The notes: generated by a model not told the origin, from the sequence alone. Positions 8,958-19,345 are shown, counted from the first letter of the stretch. The stretch is DNA of 64,000 nt from an uncultured Gemmatimonadales bacterium (GCA_963798845.1 CAWCUS010000001.1:160001-224000); one strand, 5' to 3'. Numbers and translations: made by a program.

Positions 8958-10298
8958 CTACACGCCGAAGAGGCGGAGCACGTCGTTGGCCAGGGCCCAC
9001 ACCATGATGGCGACGACGATCACCAGCCCGACCTGGCTCAGCCGCGCCCGCTGATCGACGCTGAGCGCCCGGCCGCGCACCCCCTCAACGGCCAGGAAAA
9101 GCAGCTGACCGCCATCCAGGATCGGTATGGGGAGCAGGTTCAGGACGGCCAGGTTGATGGAGAAGAGTGCCATGAACTGCAGGAACGCGTCGAAGCCAAC
9201 CTGCACCACCTGCTCGCTGATCTTGTAGATCAGGATCGGCCCGCCCACGTCCCGCGGCGAGGCTTTGCCCGTGAACAGGCCGCCGAGGTAGTGGAGGATC
9301 ATGGACGTGATCCGGCCGGTCTCGTCCAGACCCCAGCCCGCCGCCTTGATCGGGCCGAGCCGCTCCCGCAGGTCCACGCCCGCCTGACCTATGCCGATCC
9401 GGCCCACCTCGCGGCCGGCGGCCACTTCCGTCGCCTTGGGCGTCACTCGCAGCTCGACACGCCGGCCGTCCCGCTCCACGACCAGAGGGATGCCTTCACC
9501 CGGCCGGTGCTCGATGGCGGCCACCAGCTCCTGCCACCCGGTCACCGGTCGGCCGCCGGCCTCCACCACCACGTCGCCGGTGTCGACCCCCGCCGCCGCC
9601 GCGGGTGACCCCTCCGTCACCATCCCCACCACGGCTGGCATCGAGACGCGCGGCTCCAGCGCCTGGACCAGGTTCGAGCGGGCGGTGTCCCCCTGCGGGA
9701 CGGGAACCGTGATGGCCGGCTGGCCCGCGAAAGCAATGCGCGCCGAGTCCTTCGCCATCGTCAGCAGCCGCTGAACGTCCGACCACGTCTCTACGGTGTC
9801 CCCGTTCACGCTGGTGATGCGCCACCCCGGCTGTACGGCGAAGAGCGCCGAGTCCACCGGCGGGACGATTTCCTCGGCCACATCGCCCACGACCGTGTCC
9901 GGCCTCGCGGCGACGCCCCACACCATCGCGATGACGAAGAACAGGAACCAGGCGAACAGGATGTTCATGATCACGCCGGCGGAGATCACCAGCGCTCGGG
10001 CAGGAAGCGACTTGGACTCGAAGTCCCGACCGGCGGCGCGGGCGGCCGTGGCGTCGTGTTCGCCGCCCTCCATCTCCTGCATGTCGTCCATCCCCGCCAT
10101 CCGCACGTAGCCGCCGAGTGGAAGCCACGCCACGACGTACTCCGTCTCGCCCCGCGTGAAGCCGAACATCTTCGGTCCCAGCCCTATGGAGAAGCGCGGG
10201 ACCTCGATGTCCACCCACTTGGCCGTGGCGAAGTGCCCCAGCTCGTGGACGAAGATCAGCACGCCCAGAATGACAATGGTGGCCAGGATCGTGATCAC
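8958..10298 (-). CDS. rseP: RIP metalloprotease RseP
   Basis: HELGH, two PDZ domains, NLLPIPILDGG; GTG start at 10298 overlaps the dxr stop. Confidence 0.96.
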   Translation of the reverse strand: MITILATIVILGVLIFVHELGHFATAKWVDIEVPRFSIGLGPKMFGFTRGETEYVVAWLPLGGYVRMAGMDDMQEMEGGEHDATAARAAGRDFESKSLPARALVISAGVIMNILFAWFLFFVIAMVWGVAARPDTVVGDVAEEIVPPVDSALFAVQPGWRITSVNGDTVETWSDVQRLLTMAKDSARIAFAGQPAITVPVPQGDTARSNLVQALEPRVSMPAVVGMVTEGSPAAAAGVDTGDVVVEAGGRPVTGWQELVAAIEHRPGEGIPLVVERDGRRVELRVTPKATEVAAGREVGRIGIGQAGVDLRERLGPIKAAGWGLDETGRITSMILHYLGGLFTGKASPRDVGGPILIYKISEQVVQVGFDAFLQFMALFSINLAVLNLLPIPILDGGQLLFLAVEGVRGRALSVDQRARLSQVGLVIVVAIMVWALANDVLRLFGV

Positions 10299-11425
10299 TG
10301 CATCTCCTCGATGAGCACCCGGGCACGGGCCCGCGCTTCCGCGTCCGCCGCACGCACGGCGGCCAGCGAATCGATCGCGCCGCCGCTGCACCCAGTGAGC
10401 GTGCGCTCGATGACCTCCGGGATGTCCAGAAACCGCAAGGCTCCGTCCAGAAACCCCGCTACCGCCGTTTCGTTCGCGGCGTTGAATACGGTCGGTGCCG
10501 TGCCACCTGCGCGTCCGGCCGCGACCCCCAGGGCGAATGCCGGGAACCGCTCCGTGTCCACCCGCTCGAACGTGAGCGGCCCCGCGCGGATCGGATCGAA
10601 AGGCCGCGCTCCGTCCTCCAGCCGCTGCGGGTGCGTGAGCGCGTAAAGGATCGGCAGCTCCATGGTGGGGAATCCCATCTGTGCGAGCACCGAGCCGTCC
10701 CGGAACTCCACCATGCTGTGGATGATGGACTGCGGGTGGATCACGGCCTCCACGCGGTCGTATGGCAGGTCGAACAGGTAATGGGCTTCGATGACCTCCA
10801 GCGCCTTGTTCGCGAGCGTGGCGGAGTCCACCGTGATCTTCGCGCCCATGTCCCACGTGGGGTGGCGCAGGGCGTCTTCGGGCTGCACTGTCGCCAGCGC
10901 TTCCCGAGGCCAGCCGCGGAACGCGCCGCCGGACGCGGTGAGGATCAGGCGGCGAACGCCGGCGCTGTCGCCGCCCGGGAGGCACTGCAGCACCGCGCTG
11001 TGCTCGCTGTCGACGGGGACGAGCTCTCCGCCGCCCCGCCGCATGGCGTCCAGGACCAGCGGGCCACCCGCCACGAGCGACTCCTTGTTCGCCAGCGCGA
11101 GCCGTTTCCCGCACTCGAGCGCCGCCAACGTCGCCTCCAGCCCGGCGGCGCCCACCACGGCGTTCACCACCACCTGAGCGTCGGGGTGGCTGGCGGCCTC
11201 GACCAGGCCGCTCGTGCCCCGGCGCCAGCCCGGCTCGCCATCCGCCCCCTCACTCGCCAGGGCCACCAGGGCGGGGGCGTAGCGCTGCGCCTGTCGGCTC
11301 AGCTCCTCCACATTGCGACCTGCGGCGAGGGCCACGACCCGGAACCGATCGCGGTGCCGGTCGAGGACCGCCAGCGTGCTGCGGCCGATGGAGCCCGTCG
11401 AGCCGAGGACCGCGACTCCTACCAT
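10295..11425 (-). CDS. dxr: 1-deoxy-D-xylulose-5-phosphate reductoisomerase
   Basis: LGSTGSIG, LANKESLV, PVDSEHSA, HPTWDMGAKITVDSATL.NK. Confidence 0.97.
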   Translation of the reverse strand: MVGVAVLGSTGSIGRSTLAVLDRHRDRFRVVALAAGRNVEELSRQAQRYAPALVALASEGADGEPGWRRGTSGLVEAASHPDAQVVVNAVVGAAGLEATLAALECGKRLALANKESLVAGGPLVLDAMRRGGGELVPVDSEHSAVLQCLPGGDSAGVRRLILTASGGAFRGWPREALATVQPEDALRHPTWDMGAKITVDSATLANKALEVIEAHYLFDLPYDRVEAVIHPQSIIHSMVEFRDGSVLAQMGFPTMELPILYALTHPQRLEDGARPFDPIRAGPLTFERVDTERFPAFALGVAAGRAGGTAPTVFNAANETAVAGFLDGALRFLDIPEVIERTLTGCSGGAIDSLAAVRAADAEARARARVLIEEMQ

Positions 11426-12321
11426 CCGTGGGCACCGGGCAGCAGCGCGGCCAGCCACCAGTACGCCGCCGGTATCGTGAACATGAGCGAGTCCATTCGG
11501 TCCAGGATCCCGCCGTGACCGGGGAAGAACCCTCCGGAGTCCTTCACGCCGGCCTCACGCTTCCACACCGATTCAGCGAGATCCCCCGCCTGGGAGACGG
11601 CGCCGATCAGGATTCCGCCCACGGCTCCGGCGAGCGGGCTCAGCGGGATCCCGAGCCACCAGCGGAACGCCAGCACGGTGACGACCCAACCCGCGATCAG
11701 TCCGCCGCTCAGACCTGCCACCGCGCCCACCACCGTCTTCCCCGGACTCACGCTCGGGATCAGGCGACGCTTGCCCCAGCGCTTCCCGGCGAAGAACGCC
11801 GCGGAGTCCGTGATCCACGTGATGGCCAGTGGATAGGCGACGAGCGCCACGCCGGCCCAGCGCGCCCACCCACCCCATGTCCCCACGGCGGGCGGCGGGT
11901 TCAGGGGGAGATGACGGAGGAAGATCGCGTACGCCATGGCGCCGGCCGGGAGCAGTGCGCCGAACACCGTGGTGGCCACGGCCACGAACGGTCTCCCGTC
12001 CGCCCCCCGCTCCCAGATCGCCGCCAGCGAGAGCAGGAGCAGGAACCCCAGCATTCCCGTCCAGAGGAAGGGAGCCGCAGCGCTCACCGATGGAAGGGCG
12101 GTCGCCGCGACCACCACCGCGACGCCCCCGGCCGCGCCGAGACCGCGCAGCGGTGAGACGCCGCGCGCTTCGGCCATACGGTACGCTTCCAGGGTGGCAC
12201 CCGCGCAGAAGAACGCGAGCGCGGGGCCCATGGCCCAGCGCCCAATGTAAACGACCGCCACGACCACGGGGATCCCCACCGCGGCCACGGCCACGCGCTG
12301 CGACAACTCGCTGCGTGGCAT
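11419..12321 (-). CDS. cdsA: Phosphatidate cytidylyltransferase
   Basis: Multi-TM; SVSPGKT..G, GDLAESVWKR..GVKDSG..PGHGGILDRMDS. Confidence 0.95.
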   Translation of the reverse strand: MPRSELSQRVAVAAVGIPVVVAVVYIGRWAMGPALAFFCAGATLEAYRMAEARGVSPLRGLGAAGGVAVVVAATALPSVSAAAPFLWTGMLGFLLLLSLAAIWERGADGRPFVAVATTVFGALLPAGAMAYAIFLRHLPLNPPPAVGTWGGWARWAGVALVAYPLAITWITDSAAFFAGKRWGKRRLIPSVSPGKTVVGAVAGLSGGLIAGWVVTVLAFRWWLGIPLSPLAGAVGGILIGAVSQAGDLAESVWKREAGVKDSGGFFPGHGGILDRMDSLMFTIPAAYWWLAALLPGAHGW

Positions 12322-12325
12322 CCGC

Positions 12326-13072
12326 TCACTCTGCGCCGACGCGGCCGAACCGCCGTTCCCGGCGCTGATACTCTGCGATAGCCAGGTAGAGGTCGTGCCG
12401 CGTGAAGTCCGGCCACAGGGTCGGGGTGATGTAGAGCTCCGAGTACGCGACCTGCCAGAGCATGAAGTTGCTGATCCGCTGCTCGCCCGATGTTCGCATC
12501 AGCAGGTCCGGGTCGGAAATCCCCGCAGTGCACAGGCGCCCCGACAGCGTGCACTCGTCGATCTCCTCCGGCCGCAGCCGTCCCGCCGCGGCGTCCTCGG
12601 CCAGCGAACGCGCCGCCCTCACGATGTCGGCACGGCCGCCGTAGCTGATCATGAGGTTCAGCAGCAGCTCGGAGCCGCCGCGTGTTGCGTGCTGGATCTC
12701 GTCCACGGCGCGACGTGGACCGGACGCCAGGCGGTCGAGGTCGCCATGGACACGCACCTCCACGCCCTGCTGCCGCAGCTCCTCGCGTTCCTTCTTCACG
12801 TACCGCTGGAGGAGCGCCATGAGGGCGTTCACCTCCACCCTCGGCCGCTCCCAGTTCTCCTGCGAGAACGCGAACAGGGTGAGGACGCCCACGCCCGCCT
12901 CGATGGCCCCTTCGATCGCTTCTCGCACCGCCGTCATCCCGGCGGCATGGCCGCGATGGCGCGGGAGGCCGCGAGCGCGAGCCCAGCGGCCGTTCCCATC
13001 CATGATGATGGCCACGTGGTCGGGAATGCGGCCGTCGATCCGGAGCCGTTGGAGGAGCTCGGAAGACATCAA
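12326..13072 (-). CDS. uppS: Undecaprenyl diphosphate synthase
   Basis: HVAIIMDGNGRWA, FAFSQENWERP, RTSGEQRISNFMLWQ. Confidence 0.97.
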   Translation of the reverse strand: MMSSELLQRLRIDGRIPDHVAIIMDGNGRWARARGLPRHRGHAAGMTAVREAIEGAIEAGVGVLTLFAFSQENWERPRVEVNALMALLQRYVKKEREELRQQGVEVRVHGDLDRLASGPRRAVDEIQHATRGGSELLLNLMISYGGRADIVRAARSLAEDAAAGRLRPEEIDECTLSGRLCTAGISDPDLLMRTSGEQRISNFMLWQVAYSELYITPTLWPDFTRHDLYLAIAEYQRRERRFGRVGAE

Positions 13073-13109
13073 CGGTTCGGTGCTGTTGCGGTGAGGGGAG
13101 GCAAGGAGG

Positions 13110-13667
13110 TCAGACCTCCATCACCTCCTCCTCCTTCGACTTCATGAGATCGTCGATGCGGGCGATGTACTCGTCGGTCATCGACTGCACCTCGTCCATC
13201 TGGCGGCGCGTCTCGTCCTCGCCGATCTCGCGGTCGTGCTCCCGCTGCTTCAACTCCTTGTTCGCCTCCTGCCGCGCGTGGCGTACGCTCACTCGCCCCT
13301 CCTCCGCCATCTTGTGCAGCAGCCGCACCATGTCCCTGCGGCGCTCCTCGCTCAGCGGCGGGACCGGGACGCGGATGACGTTCCCGTCGTTCGACGGGTT
13401 CAGCCCCAGGTCCGCGGACTGGATCGCCCGCTCCACGTTGACCATCACCGACTTGTCCCACGGCTGGATCACGATCAGCCGGGGCTCCGGCGTGTTCACC
13501 GTCGCAACCTGGTTGAGCGGCACCTTGGAGCCGTACGCTTCCACGCGGACGGTATCCAGCAGCGCCGGGGTCGCCTTGCCCGTCCGTACGGTAGCGAACT
13601 CCCGCCGCATGGCATCCACGGCGGCTTCCATCTGCTCACGCGTCTTCTTGATCGTCGGCATTCCCAC
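13110..13667 (-). CDS. frr: Ribosome recycling factor
   Basis: VRTGKATPALLD, LGLNPSNDG.VIR, PPLSEERR. Confidence 0.97.
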   Translation of the reverse strand: MGMPTIKKTREQMEAAVDAMRREFATVRTGKATPALLDTVRVEAYGSKVPLNQVATVNTPEPRLIVIQPWDKSVMVNVERAIQSADLGLNPSNDGNVIRVPVPPLSEERRRDMVRLLHKMAEEGRVSVRHARQEANKELKQREHDREIGEDETRRQMDEVQSMTDEYIARIDDLMKSKEEEVMEV

Positions 13668-13718
13668 CTCGGGGTTCGCACCTGCGTCGGTCGCCCCGTG
13701 AACTTAGGGGCCGTGGCC

Positions 13719-14465
13719 TCACGACACTAGCGTTCCGATCTCCTGTCCGCGGATCGCCCGCACCACGGAGTCCGGCTCGCCAATGTTCAGCACGATGATG
13801 GGGACGTCGTTCTCCTTGCACAGGGACACGGCCGCGGCGTCCATCACCTGCAGCTCCTGCGTCATGACGTCCATGAAGCTCAGCCGGGGATAGAACTCCG
13901 CGTCCGGCTCGCGCTCGGGGTCCGCACTGTAGACGCCCTTCACCCGCGTGGCCTTGATCAGGACCTCCGCCTCCATCTCGATCGCCCGCAGCACCGCGGC
14001 GGTGTCCGTGGAGAAGTACGGGTTGCCGGTGCCGCCCGCGAACAGCACCACGCGCCCCTTCTCCAGGTGCCGGAGCGCGCGGCGGCGGATGTACGGCTCC
14101 GCGAGCTGCTCCATCCGGATGGCCGTAACCACGCGCGTCTCGATCCCCTTCCGCTCCAGCACGTCCTGGAGCGCGAGGGCGTTGATGACGGTGGCCAGCA
14201 TGCCCATGTAGTCCGCGTTCACGCGGTCCATCCCCTCGGCGCTCGCGGTGGTCCCCCGCACGATGTTGCCACCGCCGATGACGACGCCCAGGGCCACGCC
14301 CATCTGCCGGACGGCGGCCACGTGGTCCGTCAGGCGCGCGACGGCGTGCGGGGAGATTCCGAACCCCTGGTCGCCGGCCAGCGATTCGCCACTCAGCTTC
14401 AGCAGGACCCGCCCGTACTTCACGTCCGGATCCGGCATCACGGGCACTCCGTCGGCCCCGGCCAC
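13719..14465 (-). CDS. pyrH: UMP kinase
   Basis: RVLLKLSGE, GGGNIVRG, GTGNPYFSTDTAA. Confidence 0.97.
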   Translation of the reverse strand: MAGADGVPVMPDPDVKYGRVLLKLSGESLAGDQGFGISPHAVARLTDHVAAVRQMGVALGVVIGGGNIVRGTTASAEGMDRVNADYMGMLATVINALALQDVLERKGIETRVVTAIRMEQLAEPYIRRRALRHLEKGRVVLFAGGTGNPYFSTDTAAVLRAIEMEAEVLIKATRVKGVYSADPEREPDAEFYPRLSFMDVMTQELQVMDAAAVSLCKENDVPIIVLNIGEPDSVVRAIRGQEIGTLVS

Positions 14466-14466
14466 G

Positions 14467-15306
14467 CTATTCGCCCAGCTCGTAGCGGACGAAGCGCCGG
14501 ACTTCCGCCGGGGCGACGAGCGCCCCGATCGTCGTGTCCGGATCCTTTACGAACGGCTGCTCGACCAGGGCGCTCTCCTTGTAGAACTTCTTGAGCTTGC
14601 CCTCGACGATCTTCTCCTGGATGTTCTCCGGCTTACCCTCCTGCCGGACCTGCTCCCGGTAGACCGCCCGCTCCCGATCCACCACTTCCGGCGAGATCGC
14701 TTCCGAGCGCACGGCCAGCGGGCGAGATGCCGCCACGTGCATGGCCACGTCCCGCGCCAGCTCGTGGCTCGCCTCCCCGCTCAGCTCCACGAGCACGCCG
14801 ATCTTCCCCGTCATGTGGACGTACGTGCCGATCTGGCCATCGCCGCTGTCGAAGCGGGCGAAACGGCGGACGACGATCTTCTCGCCCGTCTTCGCGGACA
14901 CGTCCGTCACCACCGCCGCCACCGTCCGATCCCCCCCCTGGAAAGACTGATCGAGCAGGGCTTCGCCCTCCGACGAGCCGTTCGTGCCGGTGGCGTGCTC
15001 CGCCACGTGCTGCGCCAGCGCCTGCGCCAGCGCCTGGAACGCGTCGGTACGCGCGACGAAGTCCGTCTCGCAGTTCAACTCCACCAGCGCGCCCACGCTG
15101 CCGGCTACGTGGCTCGCCACCACGCCCTCCGACGCCTCCTTGCCCGCACGCTTCGCCGCCTTCGCGGCACCCTTCGAGCGCAGCAGGTCGATCGCCGCCT
15201 CCATGTCCCCGTTCGTTTCCTCCAGCGCCTTCTTGCAGTCCATCATTCCCGCGCCGGTCCGGTCCCGGAGCTCTTTCACCTGTGCCGCACTGATCGCCAT
15301 GATCAC
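14467..15306 (-). CDS. tsf: Elongation factor Ts
   Basis: VKELRDRTGAGMMDCKKAL, ELNCETDFVA. Confidence 0.98.
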   Translation of the reverse strand: MIMAISAAQVKELRDRTGAGMMDCKKALEETNGDMEAAIDLLRSKGAAKAAKRAGKEASEGVVASHVAGSVGALVELNCETDFVARTDAFQALAQALAQHVAEHATGTNGSSEGEALLDQSFQGGDRTVAAVVTDVSAKTGEKIVVRRFARFDSGDGQIGTYVHMTGKIGVLVELSGEASHELARDVAMHVAASRPLAVRSEAISPEVVDRERAVYREQVRQEGKPENIQEKIVEGKLKKFYKESALVEQPFVKDPDTTIGALVAPAEVRRFVRYELGE

Positions 15307-15332
15307 TTCCCTCGTTGATCTATCCTGTCGTG

Positions 15333-15377
15333 AAAAAGCGCCGCAGTGCCGCTGTACGCGGCGCTGAAGCGCTTTTC
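15333..15377 (-). terminator. Intrinsic terminator/attenuator-like hairpin between rpsB and tsf
   Basis: AAAAGCGC..CAGTGCCGC-loop-GCGGCGCTG..GCGCTTTT; U-run after the stem on the minus strand. Confidence 0.55.
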
Positions 15378-15405
15378 GAACCCGAGCCGGAGCTCACGCC
15401 GTGCG

Positions 15406-16308
15406 CTACGCCTCCTCGCCGGCCTCGGCCCCGCTGCTGGCTTCGCCCGCCTCGGATTCGCCGCCCGTTCGCGCCTGGGCAATCGCCTCCGGACGGGGGC
15501 GACGCCGCTTCGGACGACGCTTCGGCCGCTTCGGCCCATCCTTCCGTTCTTCGACTTCCTGCACGCCCTGCTCGGTCGAGTACGTGACCCCACCCTCGTC
15601 CTCGCGCACCGCATCCTCGGGCATTTCCTTCTTCGCGGCCTCGATCGCGTCCGCGATCGCCTTCGTGATCAGCGAAACGCTGCGGATCGCGTCATCGTTG
15701 CCGGGGATCGGGAAATCGATCACGTCCGGGTCGGCATTCGTGTCCGCGATCGCCACCACGGGGATACCCAGCTTGTTCGCTTCCTTCAGCGCGATGGACT
15801 CCTTCTTGGCGTCCACGACGAAGATCGCGCCCGGCAGCCGGCCCATGTCCTTCACTCCGACCAGGTACTTGTTCAGCTTCTGCCGCTCGCGCTCCAGCAG
15901 GAGCTGCTCCTTCTTCGTATAGAACTCGTACGATCCCTCTTCGATCCCTCGCTCGAGTTCCTTGAGGCGCCGGATCTGCTGCTTGATCGTCTGGAAGTTC
16001 GTCAGCATCCCGCCCAGCCAGCGCTCGGTCACGTAGAACGCGCCGCAACGCTCCGCTTCCTGCTCCACGATCCCACGCAGCTGCCGCTTCGTGCACACGA
16101 ACAGCAACCGGTTGCCGCGCATCACCACGTCGCGCACTTCCGACTGCGCCTCCTGAAGGAGCAGGTGCGTCTTGCGCAGGTCGATGATGTGGATGCCGTT
16201 TCGGGCCGCGAAGATGTACTTCCGCATCTTCGGGTTCCATCGGCTGCTCTGGTGACCGAAATGGACCCCTGCTTCCAGCAGGTCCCTGATCTCCGGCGCT
16301 ACTGCCAT
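15406..16308 (-). CDS. rpsB: 30S ribosomal protein S2
   Basis: [36 protein letters not shown]. Confidence 0.98.
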   Translation of the reverse strand: MAVAPEIRDLLEAGVHFGHQSSRWNPKMRKYIFAARNGIHIIDLRKTHLLLQEAQSEVRDVVMRGNRLLFVCTKRQLRGIVEQEAERCGAFYVTERWLGGMLTNFQTIKQQIRRLKELERGIEEGSYEFYTKKEQLLLERERQKLNKYLVGVKDMGRLPGAIFVVDAKKESIALKEANKLGIPVVAIADTNADPDVIDFPIPGNDDAIRSVSLITKAIADAIEAAKKEMPEDAVREDEGGVTYSTEQGVQEVEERKDGPKRPKRRPKRRRPRPEAIAQARTGGESEAGEASSGAEAGEEA

Positions 16309-16328
16309 GCGTTCTCTCTCTGCTCTCT

Positions 16329-16410
16329 GGGGTTTTTCTCTCGTCCGCGACCTTCCTCCGCGTGCCGCCCCTCACGGGGACCCCGGCTCCACGTCCAGCC
16401 GCGTGCGTAT
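16329..16410 (-). ncRNA. rpsB leader (t44/S2 autoregulatory element)
   Basis: CCGGGGT-CCCC-GTGA-GGGG-CGG...AACCCC, same architecture as the E. coli rpsB leader (GGGGU/ACCCC pairing). Confidence 0.7.
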
Positions 16411-16472
16411 TTTGTCCTGCCGTTCAGCGCCCGCCGGGCCACCCGCCAGCGCGGGAGCCGGCGCAGGCCCGC

Positions 16473-16871
16473 CTACCGCTTGGAGAACTGGAAGCGCTTG
16501 CGCGCCTTCGGACGACCGGGCTTCTTCCGCTCCACCTCACGCGGATCCCGAGTCAGCATCCCGCGCGTGCGCAGCACGCCACGGTAGTCCGCGTCCACCT
16601 TCAGCAGCGCCCTGGCGACGCCGAGGCGAACCGCCCCCGCCTGCCCCGTCGTGCCGCCACCCCGCACCACCACCTTCACGTCGTACGTGCCGGCGTTGTC
16701 GGTGGCACCCAGCGGCTCGCTCGCGTGCTGCTGGTGCGAGTTCCGCGGGAAGTACTCCTCCAGGGACCGTCCGTTCACAGACCACTCGCCGCGACCGGGT
16801 CGCAGATACACCCGCGCCACGCTGGTCTTGCGGCGGCCGACTCCGTGATACTGCTGCACTGTGGTCGCCAT
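16473..16871 (-). CDS. rpsI: 30S ribosomal protein S9
   Basis: GRRKTSVARV, GGG.TGQAGA, ERKKPG..KARKRFQFSKR. Confidence 0.98.
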   Translation of the reverse strand: MATTVQQYHGVGRRKTSVARVYLRPGRGEWSVNGRSLEEYFPRNSHQQHASEPLGATDNAGTYDVKVVVRGGGTTGQAGAVRLGVARALLKVDADYRGVLRTRGMLTRDPREVERKKPGRPKARKRFQFSKR

Positions 16872-17299
16872 CAGATCTCCAGATTCTCCGGCTGCTGCGC
16901 CTCGTGCGGGTGCTCCGCGCCGGCATACACCTTCAGCTTCTTCCGCATGAGCCGCCCCAGATTGTTCTTCGGCAGCATCCCCTTCACCGCCAGCTCGATC
17001 ACCCGCTCCGGGTGCTCATCGCGCATGCGCGTGAACGGGATGTGCTTCTCGCCACCCATGTAGCCACTGTGGCGGAAGTACGTCTTCTGCTCTTCCTTCC
17101 GGCCCGTAAGCCGCACCTTCTCGGCGTTGACCACGACCACGTAGTCACCCGTGTCCAGGTGGGGCGTGTACATCGGCTTGTGCTTCCCGCGAAGCACTTC
17201 CGCCACCCGGGTGGCAAGGCGCCCGAGGACCCGGTCCTCGGCGTCCACGACCCACCACTTGTGCTCGATGTCGGTGGCTTTCGGTGTGTACGTCTTCAT
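16871..17299 (-). CDS. rplM: 50S ribosomal protein L13
   Basis: WWVVDA...[30 protein letters not shown]. Confidence 0.98.
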   Translation of the reverse strand: MKTYTPKATDIEHKWWVVDAEDRVLGRLATRVAEVLRGKHKPMYTPHLDTGDYVVVVNAEKVRLTGRKEEQKTYFRHSGYMGGEKHIPFTRMRDEHPERVIELAVKGMLPKNNLGRLMRKKLKVYAGAEHPHEAQQPENLEI

Positions 17300-17355
17300 G
17301 CGCTCGATCTTCTCGTCGGTACGGACCCCTGCGGCCCAAGGCGAAACAGCTTTGG

Positions 17356-17384
17356 AGGATAGGGGAATGGGGTGGCGGTGTCAA
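17356..17384 (-). promoter_or_regulatory. Sigma70 promoter of the rplM operon
   Basis: TTGACA-17-TATCCT. Confidence 0.8.
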
Positions 17385-17495
17385 GACATTGCGGCGGCCG
17401 AAGCACCGGGATCACGAGCGGCAGCCTCCGTCGGGGCGCGCCCCGTCCAAACCCGGGCTTCGACCCTCACCCCGACGCGGCTGAACGGCCGACCT

Positions 17496-18356
17496 TCAGC
17501 CGCTCATGAATGTCTCGAGGAAGCGGGCCCGTGAGGCGTGCCTCAGGCGCAGAAGCGCCTTTTCCTTGATCTGGCGCACGCGCTCGCGCGTGATGCCGAG
17601 CAGAGAGCCGATCTCCTCCAGCGTCATCGGCTCCTGGCCGTCCAGGCCGAAGTAGAGGCGGAGGATCTTCGCCTCGCGCTCCTTCAGCGTGCCGAGCGCT
17701 TCTTCGACGGTATCCAGGAGCGCCCGGTCGTACGTCTCGTCGTCCGGGCCGGGCGAGAACTGGTCCGGCAGGTAGTCCAGGAGCCGGTTGTCCTCGCCGG
17801 GAGTCAGCGGGGCGTCCAGAGAGAGGTGGGTCTGGGAGAGCGAGAGGGTGCGCCGCACCTCGTCCTCCGAGAGGTCCAGCTCGTCCGCGAGCTCTTCGAC
17901 GGTCGGCTCGCGCCCCAGCTCCTGGAGCAGGAGCGCGGAGCGCTTCCCGATCCGGTGGAGCGCTCCCGCCCGGTTCAGTGGCACGCGCACGATTCGGCTC
18001 TGCTCGGCCAGCGCCTGGAGGATGGCCTGCCGGATCCACCAGACCGCGTAGGAGATGAACTTGATCCCTTTCGTTTCGTCGAACTTGTGGGCGGCGCGGA
18101 TCAGCCCGAGGTTGCCCTCGTTGATGAGGTCCGAGAGCGCCACCCCCTGGTTCTGGTACTTCTTGGCGACCGAGACGACGAAGCGCAGGTTCGACCGGAC
18201 CAGGCGGTCCAGCGCCTCCGCCTCCCCCTTCCGGATGCGCTGAGCCAGATCGATCTCCTCCTCTCGGGTCAGCAGCTTGTAGGCGCTGATCTCCTTGAGG
18301 TATTGATCGAGCGAGCTCTCGTCGTACTTGCCCTTGCGCGTGCTGGTGAAGCTCAT
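17496..18356 (-). CDS. rpoD: RpoD/SigA-family sigma factor, FCB-type without region 1.1
   Basis: SLDQYLKEI, NLRFVVSVAKKYQ, DLINEGNLGL, FISYAVWWIRQAI, ITRERVRQIKEKAL; only 286 aa. Confidence 0.9.
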   Translation of the reverse strand: MSFTSTRKGKYDESSLDQYLKEISAYKLLTREEEIDLAQRIRKGEAEALDRLVRSNLRFVVSVAKKYQNQGVALSDLINEGNLGLIRAAHKFDETKGIKFISYAVWWIRQAILQALAEQSRIVRVPLNRAGALHRIGKRSALLLQELGREPTVEELADELDLSEDEVRRTLSLSQTHLSLDAPLTPGEDNRLLDYLPDQFSPGPDDETYDRALLDTVEEALGTLKEREAKILRLYFGLDGQEPMTLEEIGSLLGITRERVRQIKEKALLRLRHASRARFLETFMSG

Positions 18357-18470
18357 ACAACGCTCCGCGAGCGCGGTGAAGCGATCCCGGGACCGTGACC
18401 GGGATCATGATCCATGTTCGAGAGCAGCGGCGCCCCGGATTGTCGGGGTGGAGCGCCGCCGCGGCCGTGC

Positions 18471-19280
18471 CTAGTTCACTCCGCCCCCGATCCGGTCCCA
18501 ACGTATGTCCGTGAGCCACGGCACGTGAGACAGGGTGCGGGGATTGAACGAGTAGTAGACGAAGAGCGGCTTGCCCTTGATCGCGTCGGCCTCCACGAAC
18601 CCCCAGTAGCGCGAGTCCTCGGAGTCGTCGCGGTTGTCACCCAGCACGAAATAGCGGTCTGCCGGAACCACGATCGGGCCCCAGTTGTCCCGCGAGGGAC
18701 GATATCGGAGCTTCTGCGACGGGTCCGCCAGGTAGTCGAGCTGCCAGCGCATGCTGGGCGCATGGGCGTCCAGGGGGTCCGCGTGGATCGCGTACGGCTC
18801 GGGCACCGCGCGACCATCCACGTACAGCACCTTGTCCCGCATCGCAACCGTGTCGCCCGGCAGCCCGACCAGTCGCTTGACGTAGTTCCGATCCGGATCG
18901 TGGGGCGGTACGAAGACCACCACGTCGCCGCGCTCCGGGTCGCCGAACGCCGGCAGATGCACGTGTGTGCCAGGAACCTGCGCTCCGTACACCGCCTTGT
19001 TCACCAGCAGGAAGTCACCGACCAGAAGCGTGTTCTCCATGCTCGCCGTCGGGATCCGGAACGCCTCGATCACGAAGGTCCGCACCAGGAGGAACAGGGC
19101 GAATGCGATGACCAGGGATTTCACCCACTCCCACGTCCACCGGCCTACCGATGCCGCCACGCTGCGCCCGCTCCGCACCGCTCGGTGGGCAGGCTCGGCT
19201 GCGCGGGTTCCGTCGGCTGGCTCGGTTGCGGACACGGCCCAATGCATCGGATTGGCTGGTGATCGAACTCCCTGATCCAC
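18471..19280 (-). CDS. lepB: Signal peptidase I (start uncertain)
   Basis: IPTASMENTLLVGD, YVKRLVGLPGD, GDNRDDSEDSRYWGFV. Confidence 0.95.
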   Translation of the reverse strand: MDQGVRSPANPMHWAVSATEPADGTRAAEPAHRAVRSGRSVAASVGRWTWEWVKSLVIAFALFLLVRTFVIEAFRIPTASMENTLLVGDFLLVNKAVYGAQVPGTHVHLPAFGDPERGDVVVFVPPHDPDRNYVKRLVGLPGDTVAMRDKVLYVDGRAVPEPYAIHADPLDAHAPSMRWQLDYLADPSQKLRYRPSRDNWGPIVVPADRYFVLGDNRDDSEDSRYWGFVEADAIKGKPLFVYYSFNPRTLSHVPWLTDIRWDRIGGGVN

Positions 19281-19345
19281 GGCCGGGAGGCGGGGAAGAA
19301 ATCATAGCGCCTCCCTGCGCTTCGGGCCACCCCACCTCCAAGGAC

